Below are positions 47,893 through 61,316 of a DNA stretch of 64,000 bases, one piece after another. The stretch comes from Fistulifera solaris (lineage: Eukaryota), in the NCBI GenBank assembly GCA_030295235.1, contig AP026136.1:434001-498000 (forward strand). Reading direction: 5' to 3'. How positions within the stretch are numbered: the stretch's first letter is position 1; every line of letters begins with the position of its first letter. The position numbers were made by a program, and so were the translations under genes. The notes under the pieces are model-generated. The model had not been told where the DNA came from, ran no database searches, and saw only the letters and a list, made by a program, of their open reading frames with translations.

Positions 47893-50800
47893 ATGCATGA
47901 AATTTCTGAGTTTTCAAAGGCCAGCGTTAGTCGAGCGGGTTGTTTCTCTTACCCTTCGACCGACGCTAAGAATTTGAACCATTTAACAGAAAGCGATAGT
48001 CATCGACAAGAAGCGAACCATTTAACAGAAAGCGATAGTCAACGACAAGAAGCAGGCCAAGCATCGTGCGAGGCGAATCCGTCTCTCCTGGCGAGACTAG
48101 ACGAAGCGACTGACAAATGTGGTCGACGAACATCATCAAGATTCAGTCAGCAGGAAAATGAACCTGCTCAAAAGAGACCGCGTCAAACAAGCCAAAGTGG
48201 ATCACTGAGAACAACTAGTGACAGGGAAGCTGATGGGTTGGCACTTGATAATTTGGCCGCGACTACTACAACGAATGAACAGAAGGGCCCCGTACGAGAA
48301 GCGAAAGCCAGAACATCCTCTTCGTCATCTGGACGTCGAACGGGTATGAAAGCCTCCGCATCCGCCTCCCTCTCCTCGACACCAATGAAAATGAGCTCTT
48401 CACAAGCAAATGGAAGGCCGTTGCGAGCTTCGGTTAGGGTAGCTACTCGTCTGCCACCGAATTATGTCGAGGAGTCTGTACAGGATGAGATCCCTAGTGA
48501 CGCTGAGGAAAATGACAACGCTTCCAATCCCAAGAGAAAGGGTGTGAGAAAATCTTATGTTCTCAATGGGCGGCGTAGTCTCGCTCCTTTGAGGAATCCT
48601 CCGCCCCGCCCCAGGTCCCAGACGGACTTAAAGGGAAATGGACGTATACCGATGAAACTCGAATGTTCCTTGCCGACTTCAGAGATACCGCACAAGTCCC
48701 AAAGCAGGACATGAAGTTTTTACTAAAGCTCATGGCCAGAGACGATCTTGTGGTGGTCTCGGAAGGGCTTTGGAATCCCGCCTTTGAAAAACTTTTACGG
48801 CTGGAATATTTAGAGGCAGCTTTCGGAAATCAAGTTCAGCATAAGTTTCGCATGTTTTCAAGGAAGAAGGAAGGTGGCTACGCTGAGAAACCAGAAGGAT
48901 TATCCATGCGTGCAAAGGATTTTTTCCAATATTTAAAGATCAAAGTAGGGAAGGAAGGTGTCAGCAGGAGATTCGCTTTCACGGACTTTAAAGGAAAACG
49001 CCACGAAATCGACGTCGATGAGGTCTCCATATACATGATTGATTGCGATGTGCCGAAAATTTTGCCTTTGTTCTATGACAAGTACGTCGCCCACTGCAAG
49101 ATGCCTGAGATCTTGCCAGGAGGAGAGATGTGTATGATGAATGCTGTGAGTTTTGTTTGAGAGTCGTTCATACATGATTGTGCTGTCCTCACCACTTTCG
49201 CTATTGTACAGATGAATCGTGAGGGGCGACCATTCATGGGGCCCAATCTGTACATTGCACCAGGTGGAGGATTTACAAGCCTGCATCAAGATGGAGAGGT
49301 GCGCACCATCGTCACTGTTGACTCATGCCATACAGGCTTCTCACAATTGTATGAACTTGTACAGGGGACTGTGGACTCTGGTCATTCATGTATCACTGGA
49401 TACAACGAAGTTGTCATGCTTCGACGAATGCCAGAAGAACATAAGCACTTCGCCGCCGAACAGCTTGGGTATGATGGGGTGCATCGGTTGCCCCATGATG
49501 TCGGCACGACGTACGAAAACATTTGGCCAAAGAAGTCTGTTATCAATAAGTGGGAAGAAATGAAGTAAGTAGCTTGAAACTGCAGTCACATGACACTTTT
49601 TATCCCTCACCGTCACATCAAAGTTATTGTCCTTCCGTATTTGTACTGCGGCCTGGTCAGCATCTGCATATTAACAAAGGCCGTCTCCACACGTTCCGCA
49701 AAGTCAAGATGGAACCTCTCGAACAAGATGATTGTCACCATGAACTCCGAAAGGATCTTCTAGATCGTGGTATTGCTAAGCGAGATGAGCTTTGCATCAG
49801 CATCGCTTTTGATTGGTAAGTGAGAATGCAAATTCAGTGCATCGACTTATTTCCTATTCCATCTAACTTTGATTGGTCTACACGCTAGGATGTTTCTTGG
49901 TCATTCGCGAGAGGCCATCCACGAGGAGGTTAAAACCGCTTTACAGTGTGCAGATATTTGCAGGAATGTGGGTACTTCATCTCTTGGAATTCCAGAAACG
50001 TGCTTATTAAAGCTAGCTATGCTTTTATCGCACAACGGCGGAACGATTTGTAATGATCTTCTGTACCCAATTCGCAATGCGGCGTGCCAAGGAATTTTAC
50101 CCCACCTACAAGCTATTGTACAACAAGAAATCGAATCAGGGAGCGGCATCTCCAACAAGGCAAAGATAGCTGATAATCAACAGGATCCGGATTCCTACAG
50201 TGTCGATCCCTTCGGTGCCGACTATTTTTGTCATACATGTAAAAAGGAACTGGCAAACTCCTACTTCCACTGTTTAGGATGCGAACGCCTGCTACAAAAA
50301 AGACTTGAACATTTGCAGGATGTGCCTAGAGGAAAAGAAGTATGGAACGAACATACGTTTGGGTGTTGCGTGCAAAAGTCGTAATAGCGACATCATTCAT
50401 GCTGGAATTTTGAGTAAGCATGGCAATGCGAAAGGATGCTCGTGTCGTCAAGGCATTTGTAGGGAATGTGGTTATTGCAAAAGCTGCTCCTGTCGCTGCC
50501 ATCATGAGTTCCAACTTCATTATCGTTTTTCATGATTGATGAATTGAAAGATATGGTAAAGCGTGTTGAAAAACTGGCTAAAGCAAGCGATGACCACATG
50601 GAATCTTTCGCGGAGACACGTGAGCCGACAGCCGAAGCGGGAAATTTCAGCACCGAGCATATTGAGAAAGAGGCCGTCCTTCCAATTTGCGACTCTGAAA
50701 TTCAAAAGAGTTTCGGTGAGGCCGAATCTTGTATACAGCAATCGTTGCCACTGTCGGTCGACGGCACAGATACAGTCACGAGCGAAATTGTGAGTGATGC

Positions 50801-51071
50801 CATTCCGATCCGAGCTTCCGAGATTAATACTAATCATTTATCACTTCCTCGTGCGAACGGCCGTTCGACATTAATAGCACTAAAGCAGATGCCTGACCAA
50901 ACCGTGCACCACGACGCGGCACATATTGCGCAGAATGCACTCCTTGCTCCATCAGGACCAGTCCTAGTTACTTCGAAAGAACTTTCCTTAGGTGACGGGG
51001 TTTATGAAACTTTTTTCGAGGATGTCAAACGAAATAGTACAAGCCCTAAATCAGCTCGGATTATTCCGTAG
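47893..51071 (+). CDS. JmjC-domain Fe(II)/2-oxoglutarate oxygenase (putative histone demethylase) with C-terminal Cys-rich zinc fingers
   Basis: NLYIAPGGGFTSLHQDGE/GTVDSGH (HxD), VLRPGQHLHINKGRLHTF, CISIAFDW; CHTCKKELANSYFHCLGCE, CRECGYCKSCSCRCH; introns 49146-49211, 49299-49364, 49565-49623, 49816-49888; several frameshifts. Confidence 0.8.
47976..48053 (+). repeat. 39-bp tandem duplication (2 copies, in frame)
   Basis: gaaccatttaacagaaagcgatagtca(t/a)cgacaagaagc x2 with one mismatch; encodes NHLTESDS(H/Q)RQEA x2. Confidence 0.95.
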
Positions 51072-51096
51072 TAATTACAGCTTAATGTTTTTCACT

Positions 51097-53264
51097 TTAT
51101 GGTTTTTGAGCTATTAGTGACGGTTTGTGCTGCAGCAAAGAATGCGGACCATGAGGGATGATACCTGAGCTGCAATCAAACGTTGATTCAAAGGAACCTT
51201 GGGCGTGGAAGAAAAAGAGAAAAAATGTCCAAGAATGCAGAAGCAACAGGTAACAAACTATACGAAGACATGGTGAGACATAGTGGTCGACTAGCTTTCC
51301 CATCAATGCCTCGCGCACTTACTGAACAAAAGTCTGGCGATTGGATTGTGACGTAACACAGTTCCACTTTGTGAAAGCATTGTATCCAATACATCTAAAC
51401 TTTTGCTAAGCCTCTTGCTTCCCTCGCCTTGGGCACCGCTGAAATTTAAAGCCGAACTCATCGAGGTTTGGAAGCTGCTCGCTGGCTTCCTTCTCGACCG
51501 ACCAAGTAACCGGACCTTTGTACCTGACTCGATGTCACCGACGCCATCAGAGGACATACGCGACCTTTCAAGCGTATCTTCGGCCTTCTCAGCTCGGCTG
51601 ATGGCGGCTTTAAGACGGCTCTTTAATGTAGCTATCTCGCTCTTGCAGCTGATGACTAATTCGCGCTGTCGAAAAAGATCCTCTGAGAGCGTTTTCGATT
51701 CGCTTGTATCACTCAGAATTAAATTCTTTCCAGCGTCCAACCTCTTAGCTTGCTCGAGGTCACGCTTTAATAATATGATTTCATTGCTCATTTCTTGAAG
51801 TCTCCGATCGTTCTCGACTTGTCGTGTGGCAGATATTGATATCTCGTCGGCGCGTTCTCTTGTCAAAGACCGAACTTCCCGCTGGAGCATATCACATTTC
51901 TGTTTTTCAAGTGTCAATTGAGCTTCTAATGCTTCTATTTCATTAGAGAGATCGTGCCGAAAACTTGAAGCATCCACTGTTTGTTCTTTCCCCAATGGAG
52001 CATTTACGGATGATTTCGCTTCAACCAGAGCCGCCCCAAGCTCCGCAACGGTCTTTTCCAATTCCGCCTCCCTACTATTTCGTTGACTCATTTGTCGGGC
52101 GTGCAGCGAAAGCGCTTGGTCTAACCGATCTTCCGCCTCGCGCTCTCTGGCCATTGCATTGTCTGCCGTTTGTGTCAAGGATTCCAACCTACTTCCAAGA
52201 GCTTCTTGTTGCGCATGTAAGGTCCCAATTTGTGACAAAAACGTCGTTTTCTCATCTTCGAGCAACGCAATCTTTTGCATAAATTCCTGTTCGCGTTGTA
52301 CAGCATCAGACAATTCTTTATTCATATCGCCACCCTCTTGCATACGGCGTTGCTCCAGCTCATGGAATTGTCGTCGCGCTTCCTCTAGTTGCGCATTGGA
52401 TCTTCTCTTTGCATCTTCCAAGGCCTGTTCGTGCTTCACTTTCAACAATTGCATTTCCTCGGCATGCCTCTTCTTTTCCGCCTCTCTCTCTTGCTGATAT
52501 CGAGTCCGATCCTTTTCGATCCGTTCCGCTGCTCGTTCGAGCTCCTCACGCTGCGCTTGTATTTCAGTTTCGGCTTGTTCCAGTTGTGAATTGAGTTTAA
52601 TAACGTGTCGTTTCAATGTCTTGACTTCTTTTTGCAATTCGCGCGATGGCCCATCGTTGTCGGGTTGCGATGATGGCTCAACCACTTTCAAGTGACTTTT
52701 AATATTGTTGAAAAGGGCCCCACCCGCCATTCGAAACGGCGTCATATTGAATTGGGAGGATTGGTGCGTTTCCCATTGTACTTCGCCGTCCACCGGTGTT
52801 TTGATGGATTTCGAATGGTCCATGGAAGGTTGTTTCATCGGAGCCTCGTCGATCGGAAGAATAGCCCCTGTTTGAATATCGTTCTCCGCCGTCTCTCGAA
52901 TAATTTCCTCGGTACTACTCGTTTCTTGAGTCTGCTGTAGGTCTGATACAGTTTGAACTTGCTGTTCTGCTTCATTGTTGACCAATTCTGACAGGGATTG
53001 TTCGGGCCAAGCATTCGGATCAAGTTCTTCCTCTATTTCTAACCTGACAGGCTCTTCCTGCTTTCCTTCTGAAGCAATCTCTTCTTCCTCCAAATGATTT
53101 GCCTCGTCGTCGTCATCATCATCATTCTGTTCCAGACCCCTAGCGGCCAGAATACTGGCAATATCCTTACGATCCTCGGACTGCAATCGTTCGTCGGCGA
53201 CTTTTTCGGCTTGATCATCTAACTGCTCTAAGAATTGCCCCATATTTTGCAGCCATCGTGACAT
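51097..53264 (-). CDS. Golgin-84 (GOLGA5)-like coiled-coil protein with C-terminal transmembrane anchor
   Basis: N-terminal WL..MGQFLEQLDDQA; long coiled coil; LRHNPIARLLF/ICYLLLLHSWTFF across intron 51322-51258. Confidence 0.8.
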
Positions 53265-53685
53265 TTTCGATCGTTTGCTTTTGAAGAGTAATGCTAATGA
53301 AACGGGTGGTGGTTGTTTGTAATATCAAAACGTTCTGACAAGGCATTTATTGTACATTGAATTGACAACAACAGAAACTGTCGCTTTCCGCTTGTGGCAA
53401 CCAACTTTCTGGCCCTACCAGTACCACTACCAAGTAGCGGTACGGTACCGGTACGTACTTTGTAGTTCGGAGTATGAAAATTACCGTATCTATGCCAAAG
53501 GTCGTACCGTGACCTACCACCTACCACCTTACACTAATGACTGAAGTACGACTCAGAACCCGGAAGTAAGCTGTCACGCCGTGATGCGTGACTTTTCGCA
53601 TGGATGTTGAGAAATTCCGATTTCCTATTGTTCCTCCATTGATATGGTTCGCCTCACAAACGTTTATTGTAATCTGAAACAAAGT

Positions 53686-55077
53686 ATGGGTTCTGTATTC
53701 GACAATTGCAACGATTCGTGTGGCTGGGTGGCGGGTATTGTGGCAGCCGTCGCGTATGGTTGCTTTGGTGTGCCCATCAAAGAAACCGCTCATTTGGACG
53801 TTCATCCGCTGATTTTACAGTCCTACAAAACAGGAACCATGTTCGTCTGCTGTTGGTGGGTCATGTCAATGGGAGTCGATGTTTCCTTCACGCCGTGGGG
53901 AATACTGTCAGGGTTTTTGTGGGTTTTGGGAGGAACGGCCGGTATCTATGCCATACGCTTGGCGGGGATGGCTGTGAGTGTCGGAACATGGGCGTCTGTC
54001 ATGATTTGTGTCAATTTCGTTTGGGGGATTTTAATTTTTCGGGAGCCCGTGGCGAGTATTTACGGCACTATGGGTGCTTTTGGCCTTCTCGGGTGCGGCT
54101 TAGTCGGTATGAGCTGGAATGCATCACCTCCCCAGCGATCGGCGGAGCGTTCTCAACTTATTCCGAGTACATCGACCGAACGACTCAAAGTAGAAGAAAC
54201 TACCGCATCCGGAGTTGTATCAAAGCGAAGGCAAGTAGATAAACGTAGGGTAGAGTTGGCCGGTTCAGGAGACCAAGCCGCCACGGAGGAAGCTCATCAA
54301 GCGTTGACACGGAGCAACTCCTACGACTCAGTTCAGGAAGGCATCAACAAAGATGATGCCGACGATGATAATTATGACACACCGAACCCTTCATCTCGAG
54401 TCATGCTACTTGGTGTGAACATGACGAGACATCAGGCGGGACTTTGTGGAGCGGTATTCAATGGTATAATGTCGGGAAGCTCACTCCTTCCACTCCATTT
54501 TGCTAAAAAGCAAGGCTTTGGCGGAGCTCGTTACATGATAAGTTACTCTACTGGAGCATTGCTTTCCAACGGCATCATATGGTGCTGCTTTGTTGGCATG
54601 AAATGGAGGGAGGTCTCGGCGACGAACGTCCCTGGTTCGGTGGCAATGCAAACGTACGCCAGTCTACCAAGCTGGCACTGCAAAAAGCTGTGGTTACCAG
54701 GAGTTACAGCAGGTTGGTTTCCCAGACGTCGCTTGCTGTGTTGTCATGGACTTGTCTTCTAACCGGTTCTCTTTCAGGTTTACTACTAACGATCGCCATG
54801 TTTGGCACTATCCTATCAACCACATATCTCGGTCAAGGTATAGGCAATAGTATCGTGCAGTCGAAGATATTAATAAGGTACGTGCATGTTTTCGGTTTCA
54901 AGATCGAGTATCACGTAATCTGACTTCTCTGTCAGTGGGTTATGGGGGATATTTTGGTACAAAGAAGTATCTGGACTGGGAAAAATCGTGAAATGGTTTA
55001 TTTCCGCGGCGCTATCTGTCATGGGCATTATCTGCCTCAGCTACGAGCGGCTTCATGCTATTCATAAGGAGGGATAG
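53686..55077 (+). CDS. DMT-superfamily transporter, TMEM144-like
   Basis: AYGCFGVPIK, FTPWGILSGFLWVLGG, GMAVSVGTW, YLGQGIGNSIVQSKILI/SGLWGIFWYKEV; introns 54713-54777 and 54878-54935. Confidence 0.8.
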
Positions 55078-55159
55078 AAGCAAACTTCGAAAATGATGGA
55101 ACGATCTGCTATTGTATACTAATAAAAGCATACCAATTTGAATTCTGTATAGTATTTTA

Positions 55160-58100
55160 TCAACTTTCTTCGTCGCTGTCATCCAGGATATGACGTCCTT
55201 TCTTCTTTTCTAGTTCGTCTACTTGGCTTGTGTTGACGGCATCGATGGGGCGCTTTTGAACAATGTGCTCCGAAATGCTTGCAACAGTTGTAGTTGTGTC
55301 CCTTTCGTGGTCAGAAGTGGCGGCAGTAACGTTGCTCTCTTTGACCTGTCCTCCAAAGGCGATCTGCGCAGTACGATCATCATCGGTAGAACTAGGTTGA
55401 GCGGCTTCAAGCACATTCTCAAATGAAGTGGCGCGTGAGTCGCCTGCTTCGTGCATTGCTCCTGACGCTTGTTGCTCGGCTTCCTCTTCGTCGTCGTTTG
55501 TTGGCTCAAAATCGTTTCCGAAATTAACTGAATCTAACTTGACTTCGGTGGTCAATGATTGCTCTTCCTCACTTTCCAATTCATCATTGGTGGATCGCTG
55601 TTGGGTAGATTGTTCAGGAACATTCGCGGAAGCGGTAGTCGACTGGAGTTCGCCTTCGAAAAAAGCGTGCGACTCGTAATCTTTGATCGCTGCTCTTTCC
55701 TTTTCAAGCTCATTTCTTGGATAGCGGCCGTTTTCATAAGTGGCTGATTCATATTTCGCTTCCTTGACCGTATTTTCCATTTCCTTTTCGTTTTCCTCTT
55801 CCTCGTCAGAATCATCATCATCAATCAATCGCGTTTTTCGTTTCGGACTACTTTCTACCTTGCGCATTGCTTCGTTATGCTTTTCAGATGTAGCTGTATT
55901 TAAATCGGCTTCTTTCAGCGTGACCTGGTCCCCTTGAAACTCCATTTCTTCATCAGAATCGTCATGAATGAGGCGCTTCTGAGTTGTTCGTTTCGGACTG
56001 CTACCCAAAGTATCCGTCACTTTACGCTCGTTTCCAGAAGTTCCTGAATGTGCGATGACTTCTGTCGACGTGCCCTGCTCCTCTTCAAACTCCATTTCTT
56101 CATCGGAATCATCATTAATGGAGCGTCGCGGAATGCTTCGTTTCGGACTGTCAACATTGTCCGTCGCTTCAAGCTCGTTTTCAGAAGTTGTTGGATTTGC
56201 ATTGGCTTTTCTGATCATGGTCGTTTCCCCATCGAACTCCAACTCTTCATCAGAACTATCATCAATGGAGCGTTTCTGAGTTCTTCGTTTCGGACTGCTT
56301 CCAACATTGTCCGTCGCTTCAAAATCGTTTTCAGAAGTTGTCGAATTCGGCTTAGCACTTTTCAACATAACTTCTTTCCCTTCAAACTCCATTTCTTCAT
56401 CAGAATCATCATCGATGACTCGCTTACGAGAGCTTCTTGTGGCATTGCCATTCGATGTGCTGTTACTTCCATTTGCGCCTGAACGATCTTCTTCGTTCAC
56501 TCCCGCACCTCGTGGATTACCCGAAGACCCACCACGCTCAGTATGGTCATCAAACTCAGGTTCGTCTTCTTCCTCATCTTCTTTGGCAAGTGCTTCAGAG
56601 TACTGACGCTCAAAGAACTCCTGCCTTTCAAGAAGAAGTTCGCGGTCGGCCAACATCCTGAGTTCTTCCGTAACGTACATATTTGTGACATGATCACAGA
56701 ACTTATGTGGTAGCGGGTGCCTGAAAAGAGCTTCAACAAACAGCAACGGGTTTTCAGATGCTAGTTTTGCGAAATTGCCGACGGTCGTGACGCAAAAGTT
56801 CAAAACTGGCGTGAAATCCTTGTCCTTGTACACACATTTGTCGTTGAGAATGGTATTAGCAACGTTTAGAAAGTGATAATTGTAAAGCAAAGGTTCGAGA
56901 GTCACCTTCTTCGTGGCCAACAAGTTCTGCGGGAGTCCTTCAGTTTCGTCCGGGGACAGTGACTCAGGGACAGCTAACTTGACTTGCGCCAACCGAAGGA
57001 AAAACGACACGATCCGGTGATTCACTTGGGGAGAATTCACGTGATATTGAGACAGCAACTGCGTATACATGTGGACGGACTGGTTCGACACAATCTTCCT
57101 CGTAAAGTAGGCCATGACGTCGAAGCTGGCAGCAGCCGCTCTGAGTTTGTTGACGGTATCCTTTTGTCCTGAACGGTTTGGTTTCGAGCGGCCTTAGCAC
57201 TCAATTCGAGAAGCTTCATTGTTATGTGACTGATTTCCACGATATCGCAAAGATGTTCCCGTGTGTTTGTCCCTGGAGCCCATTTTGAAATAAGCTTTGG
57301 CAGACGATCTAAGGGATCTCCGTTGTAAAACAAGCGATCCATTAAACCAACAGCCATGAGATGCTCCGTAGAATCTTCCGACTGATACATGATATGGAGA
57401 AGATGCATCATTTCACTGAGCAGTGCGACGGTCGAAACCATACGTCTATGTTTCTTGTGCTGGTGAAACGTGTCTATCGCATTGAAAACCATGTTGAACG
57501 TGAAGATATCCAGCGTAAAAATGAGCTGTCCCAAAACCTCTTTCGTTGAATCACTGCTGTTAGTAGTTATTGATTTGCGTCCTCCCGATCTCCACCACTG
57601 CGAAAAGAACCACACGATATGGAAGAAGACGACTCGGTCATTATCTTCCAACCGAACCGAGTCCCGTCGAAATTCGTTTTTCAAACTCTTCATCACCGGA
57701 CCGTAGCACTCTTTCAAAAAGCGTCGACAGAAATCGTCCAAGGTACGGTGCGCGCGCTTGAAATGGGACCGATCGTCAATCGACAACCCGATCGCGCATG
57801 TACCTGCAGTGTAACAGAGTTTCCGACAAAGCAATCCAGCTTTTTACTTTTGCGTCGATTCACAATGGGTGCTGTAGAGGTAGTACTGGCAAATAATCCT
57901 GCGGACGTACTGACATATTTCCCCTTTTCTCCGTGACGTCCTTTTAACTGGAGCGTACCACCAAAGTTCGAATGTCGACTGGATACGGTCACCGCCAGGG
58001 CCTGTTTCTCACGGGCGAGCTGTGCTTGCAAGGAACCTGGTTGGCCCCGTCGCTGCTCCGGAATCGCCGGCCCCATGCATGCTTTCGCGACAGCCATCGG

Positions 58101-59072
58101 GTCTTGGTTGCGAAAGAGATGATGCAGCAATTCCATGAGCAACAAGTTGTACGGGGCGTTCTCTCGTTGCTCCAAATCTGCACAAAGTACATGAACAATA
58201 TCCAAGAAAAGCTCACGTTCGATCAAGTTGATGAACTCGTGATGAAGCTGTTCGGATTCTTGCGCTTGATCGGCGGAAGCCAGCACCAGTGGCTCGGCTT
58301 GCAACAGGTTGCGAAAGAGATGCAGCACAAGCTCAATGGTCAGATGATCATTTTCGGTGCGACTGGTTCCTTGTTTCGCGAGAGGCTCCGCCAGAAGAGA
58401 GACAAAGATCGATAAAACGCCTCCTTCATCACTTTGATTCGACTTGATGTGCGAAGGATGATAGCAAACGGCGCGCTTGTAGTCCATCAGCGTCTCCGCC
58501 TGCTTGAGTGCATTTTCTCGGAGTTTGATTTGCTCTTGTACAAAGCTGTGAAGACACGAAGCGTGAGGAATCAAGAAATAGTCAATAGAATTTTCATCAT
58601 GACATAATCACACTCACAGGGTGCCTTTGTTCTTTCCGCTACTGTTAATTTCCATCCTCCCCGCCCTCACCGTATTTTCCGCCAGCGGTTTCGTGAGAAT
58701 CACCAGAATCTTACAAATGGTCAACACCAACGCTGTATCGTATCGACATGAGATCACCAATGGCAATAGTTTCTGTTCCACAACTTTGAGGTCACCCAAA
58801 AAGAGCGAAATGGGTCGATAAAGATCATCATCGCGACGCAAGGCCCGCTGCAAATCTTGCAACCAATTCAAACAATCCTCGACCGGCACCATTTGACCTT
58901 CATCGGCGGTTCCCAGAACTCCACACACGAGCAACAATTCTTCTACGACATTCTTATCAACCGTCATGCGCTTTTTGAGGGAATCATGGTCGGGAGAAAT
59001 CAAACGGGCGGCGTTCTTGGCCCGTGTCGTTGGAATGGCCGGCGCACGGGCGTTCCGATTAGCTGTAGACAT
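55160..59072 (-). CDS. Timeless/Tof1/Swi1 replication fork protection protein with repeat-expanded acidic tail
   Basis: DCLNWLQDLQRALRRDD...LGDLKVVEQKLLPL, KILVILTKP, IELVLHLFRNLL, SSRHSNFGGT, LFYNGDPLDRL, NPLLFVEALF; intron 58617-58546; frameshifts near 57800 and 57160. Confidence 0.85.
55795..56430 (-). repeat. About 150-bp coding tandem repeat, roughly 4 copies plus a partial
   Basis: Recurrent DNA ttcgtttcggact, aactccatttcttcatcagaatc and ttttcagaagttg; protein unit RxIDDDSDEEMEF...TTSEN..EATDNVGSSPKR. Confidence 0.88.
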
Positions 59073-59455
59073 TATAAAGAACGAACTAAGGCTTTTCAGA
59101 AGCAGTACGTTATTCGATGTCTACCACTATGAAACTCTTTTCTTTTCTTGTTGGTAGGGTTTGAGAGCAATGCGGATCGATTGATTTGTTGTTGCATCGA
59201 AACAAAGGTGGAGGGAAAAATGAAAAAGCAAGGCTCACCCGCGCGCCCGTCTACCACACCGTTCGGCGCGCGACCTTAAATAGCGAGGGTCGCTCTGCGA
59301 CAAGCGACAGATAACAACGGTGTGACACCATTCATTGCGAACAACATTTCCGGTTCATCGCATTCACAAAAAAAAACAACCTGGAAAAGTAAATATCTAC
59401 AAGTGCTATAAATACTATCCTCTCGGCTTCCTATTGTTGAAACTGGAAATAGACC

Positions 59456-61159
59456 ATGTCCTTAGTTGAAGATTTAAGTGAAAGCGACGACGACTCAAGT
59501 GAAAACGACGAGCACACGAGCAACGAATCATCATCATCGAATATCCCTCCACCGCGCGAACATGCTTACTTACCCACATCGCATCCGTTACATACTTCAC
59601 TGCAAGTACCAGCAGCTCGTACCTCCCACGTACAAGAACTGGCCGTAATGGAAATACCGGGAATTCTACTGTTTCCGGGATCACTATTTCCCCCTGCGCC
59701 TATCCGATGCGGCTTGGGTGAATTATCTAGGAACACAAATCACGATCAGTCGAAAATGTCCCAGTCAAGCGGGAGACGTGTGCTTGGGTATTTTGGCCGC
59801 CAAGAAGGAGCGGTCGTTAGATCGACGGTCATGGACACGACAAGCATTCGGGCCGGATCGATTGCGACGGTTATCGATGCAACTGATACAAGAGTTGGGA
59901 GATTTGGATGATCTGAGTGACGACGAAAGCAATGAAACGGAAGAACCAATGAGGTCCCTGAATAATCCATTAGAAGATACTTCGACCACGGTTGATCCGT
60001 CGTCATCGTCTCCTCGTCAGCAACAAGATCGATGTGGCTACATTGGCCGTGTAGGAACAATTGTGACAGTCATGAACACGCACGGAGATGAAGCTGGCAA
60101 CCACAACACGAGCGATTCGTCCTCCGTATGGCGAAGTGTCAATGAAGATGGTCAGCTAGTCCTCACGACACTGGCGACGAGTCGGTTTCGTATTCTGGGG
60201 TATTGTAGCGCAGACGATGAAGCTATTTTGTACGAACGAGCTATACTCCAGCAATCCTTTCGGAGATTCTTTTCTGCAAATGTTCCGACCTTTGTCGTTG
60301 AAGTCATGGAGGAAAGGCCATTTGAAATCCCCACTAGCATACAAAGGCCTATTGTGTCTTCTCAAAGGTCAAAGCAAAAGTGGTCACAGAACGGCGACAT
60401 TATTTCATCTCTTGCGATGATAACCCCCTTTCCTGAGTTCATCTACCGAAAATTGTTGCCATGGAGGCTCATTTTACTGATTCAAGAGGAAATGGCGTCG
60501 AGTCCTACGTTTCAAGCCTTCCTCCAGTGTCTTCCATGGCACGGCGACAGTCACAGCACAGAACATACCGATTCAGATGATGCTTCTTGTGGGACACTCA
60601 ACAAGGCAATAGAAGAAAACAATCCGGTTAAGTTGAGCTTCTGGCTGGCCTCCAATCTCCCTTTTCCGAAAATGATAAGTATCGATTGCTGAAAATGTAT
60701 AATGCCGTGCAACGCCTCGAATATATCTATCAGAAAATAAAAGAAAGGACCGAACCGCTTCTTTGCTGTCAGTGCTGTGGGTTGCCTTTGTCGCGGGCGT
60801 CCTCTATGTTTACCGTAGGAGGCGCCGAGGGGACGACAGGAGCCTACGTGAATGAACACGGCTTTGTGCATCAGACCTTCACGGTTCGACGGCTGCTATC
60901 GCTGAGTCAGCGTTCACCGACGAGTACCAGTGGTATCGAGGGGGCGGATGTTGTTTCCTTCTCGGGCGGTCCACAAACGAAAGACTCATGGTTTCCAGGG
61001 TACTCTTGGACGATCATGTCGTGTGCATTGTGTGACATCCATTTGGGATGGAAGTTTCGTCTCGTCCAGAGTTGCCCAAGAGAGAAAGAATCATTGGAGC
61101 GCCCTGACGTATTTTACGGATTGAGCGGTGCTAGTATTACCATTACTATCCCTCAGTAA
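59456..61159 (+). CDS. CRBN: Cereblon (Lon N-terminal domain plus CULT domain)
   Basis: EHAYL, ILLFPGSLFP, SRFRIL, LSFWLASNLP, CQCC, YVNEHGFVHQ, SWFPGYSWTIMSCALCDIHLGWKF; frameshifts near 59693 and 60665. Confidence 0.9.
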
Positions 61160-61316
61160 GGCCGTTATATTTGACTTTTGAAGCAGTTTTCATACTTTGC
61201 TCAGAGTGCCTTGCTACTTGGTACAGTATTCGATTTAAAAATACATTTATTGTAACTTGTTATTGTCATAGCGACTAATTCGACTCCTCTAGAATTCCGA
61301 ACAACTCGTTTTGACT

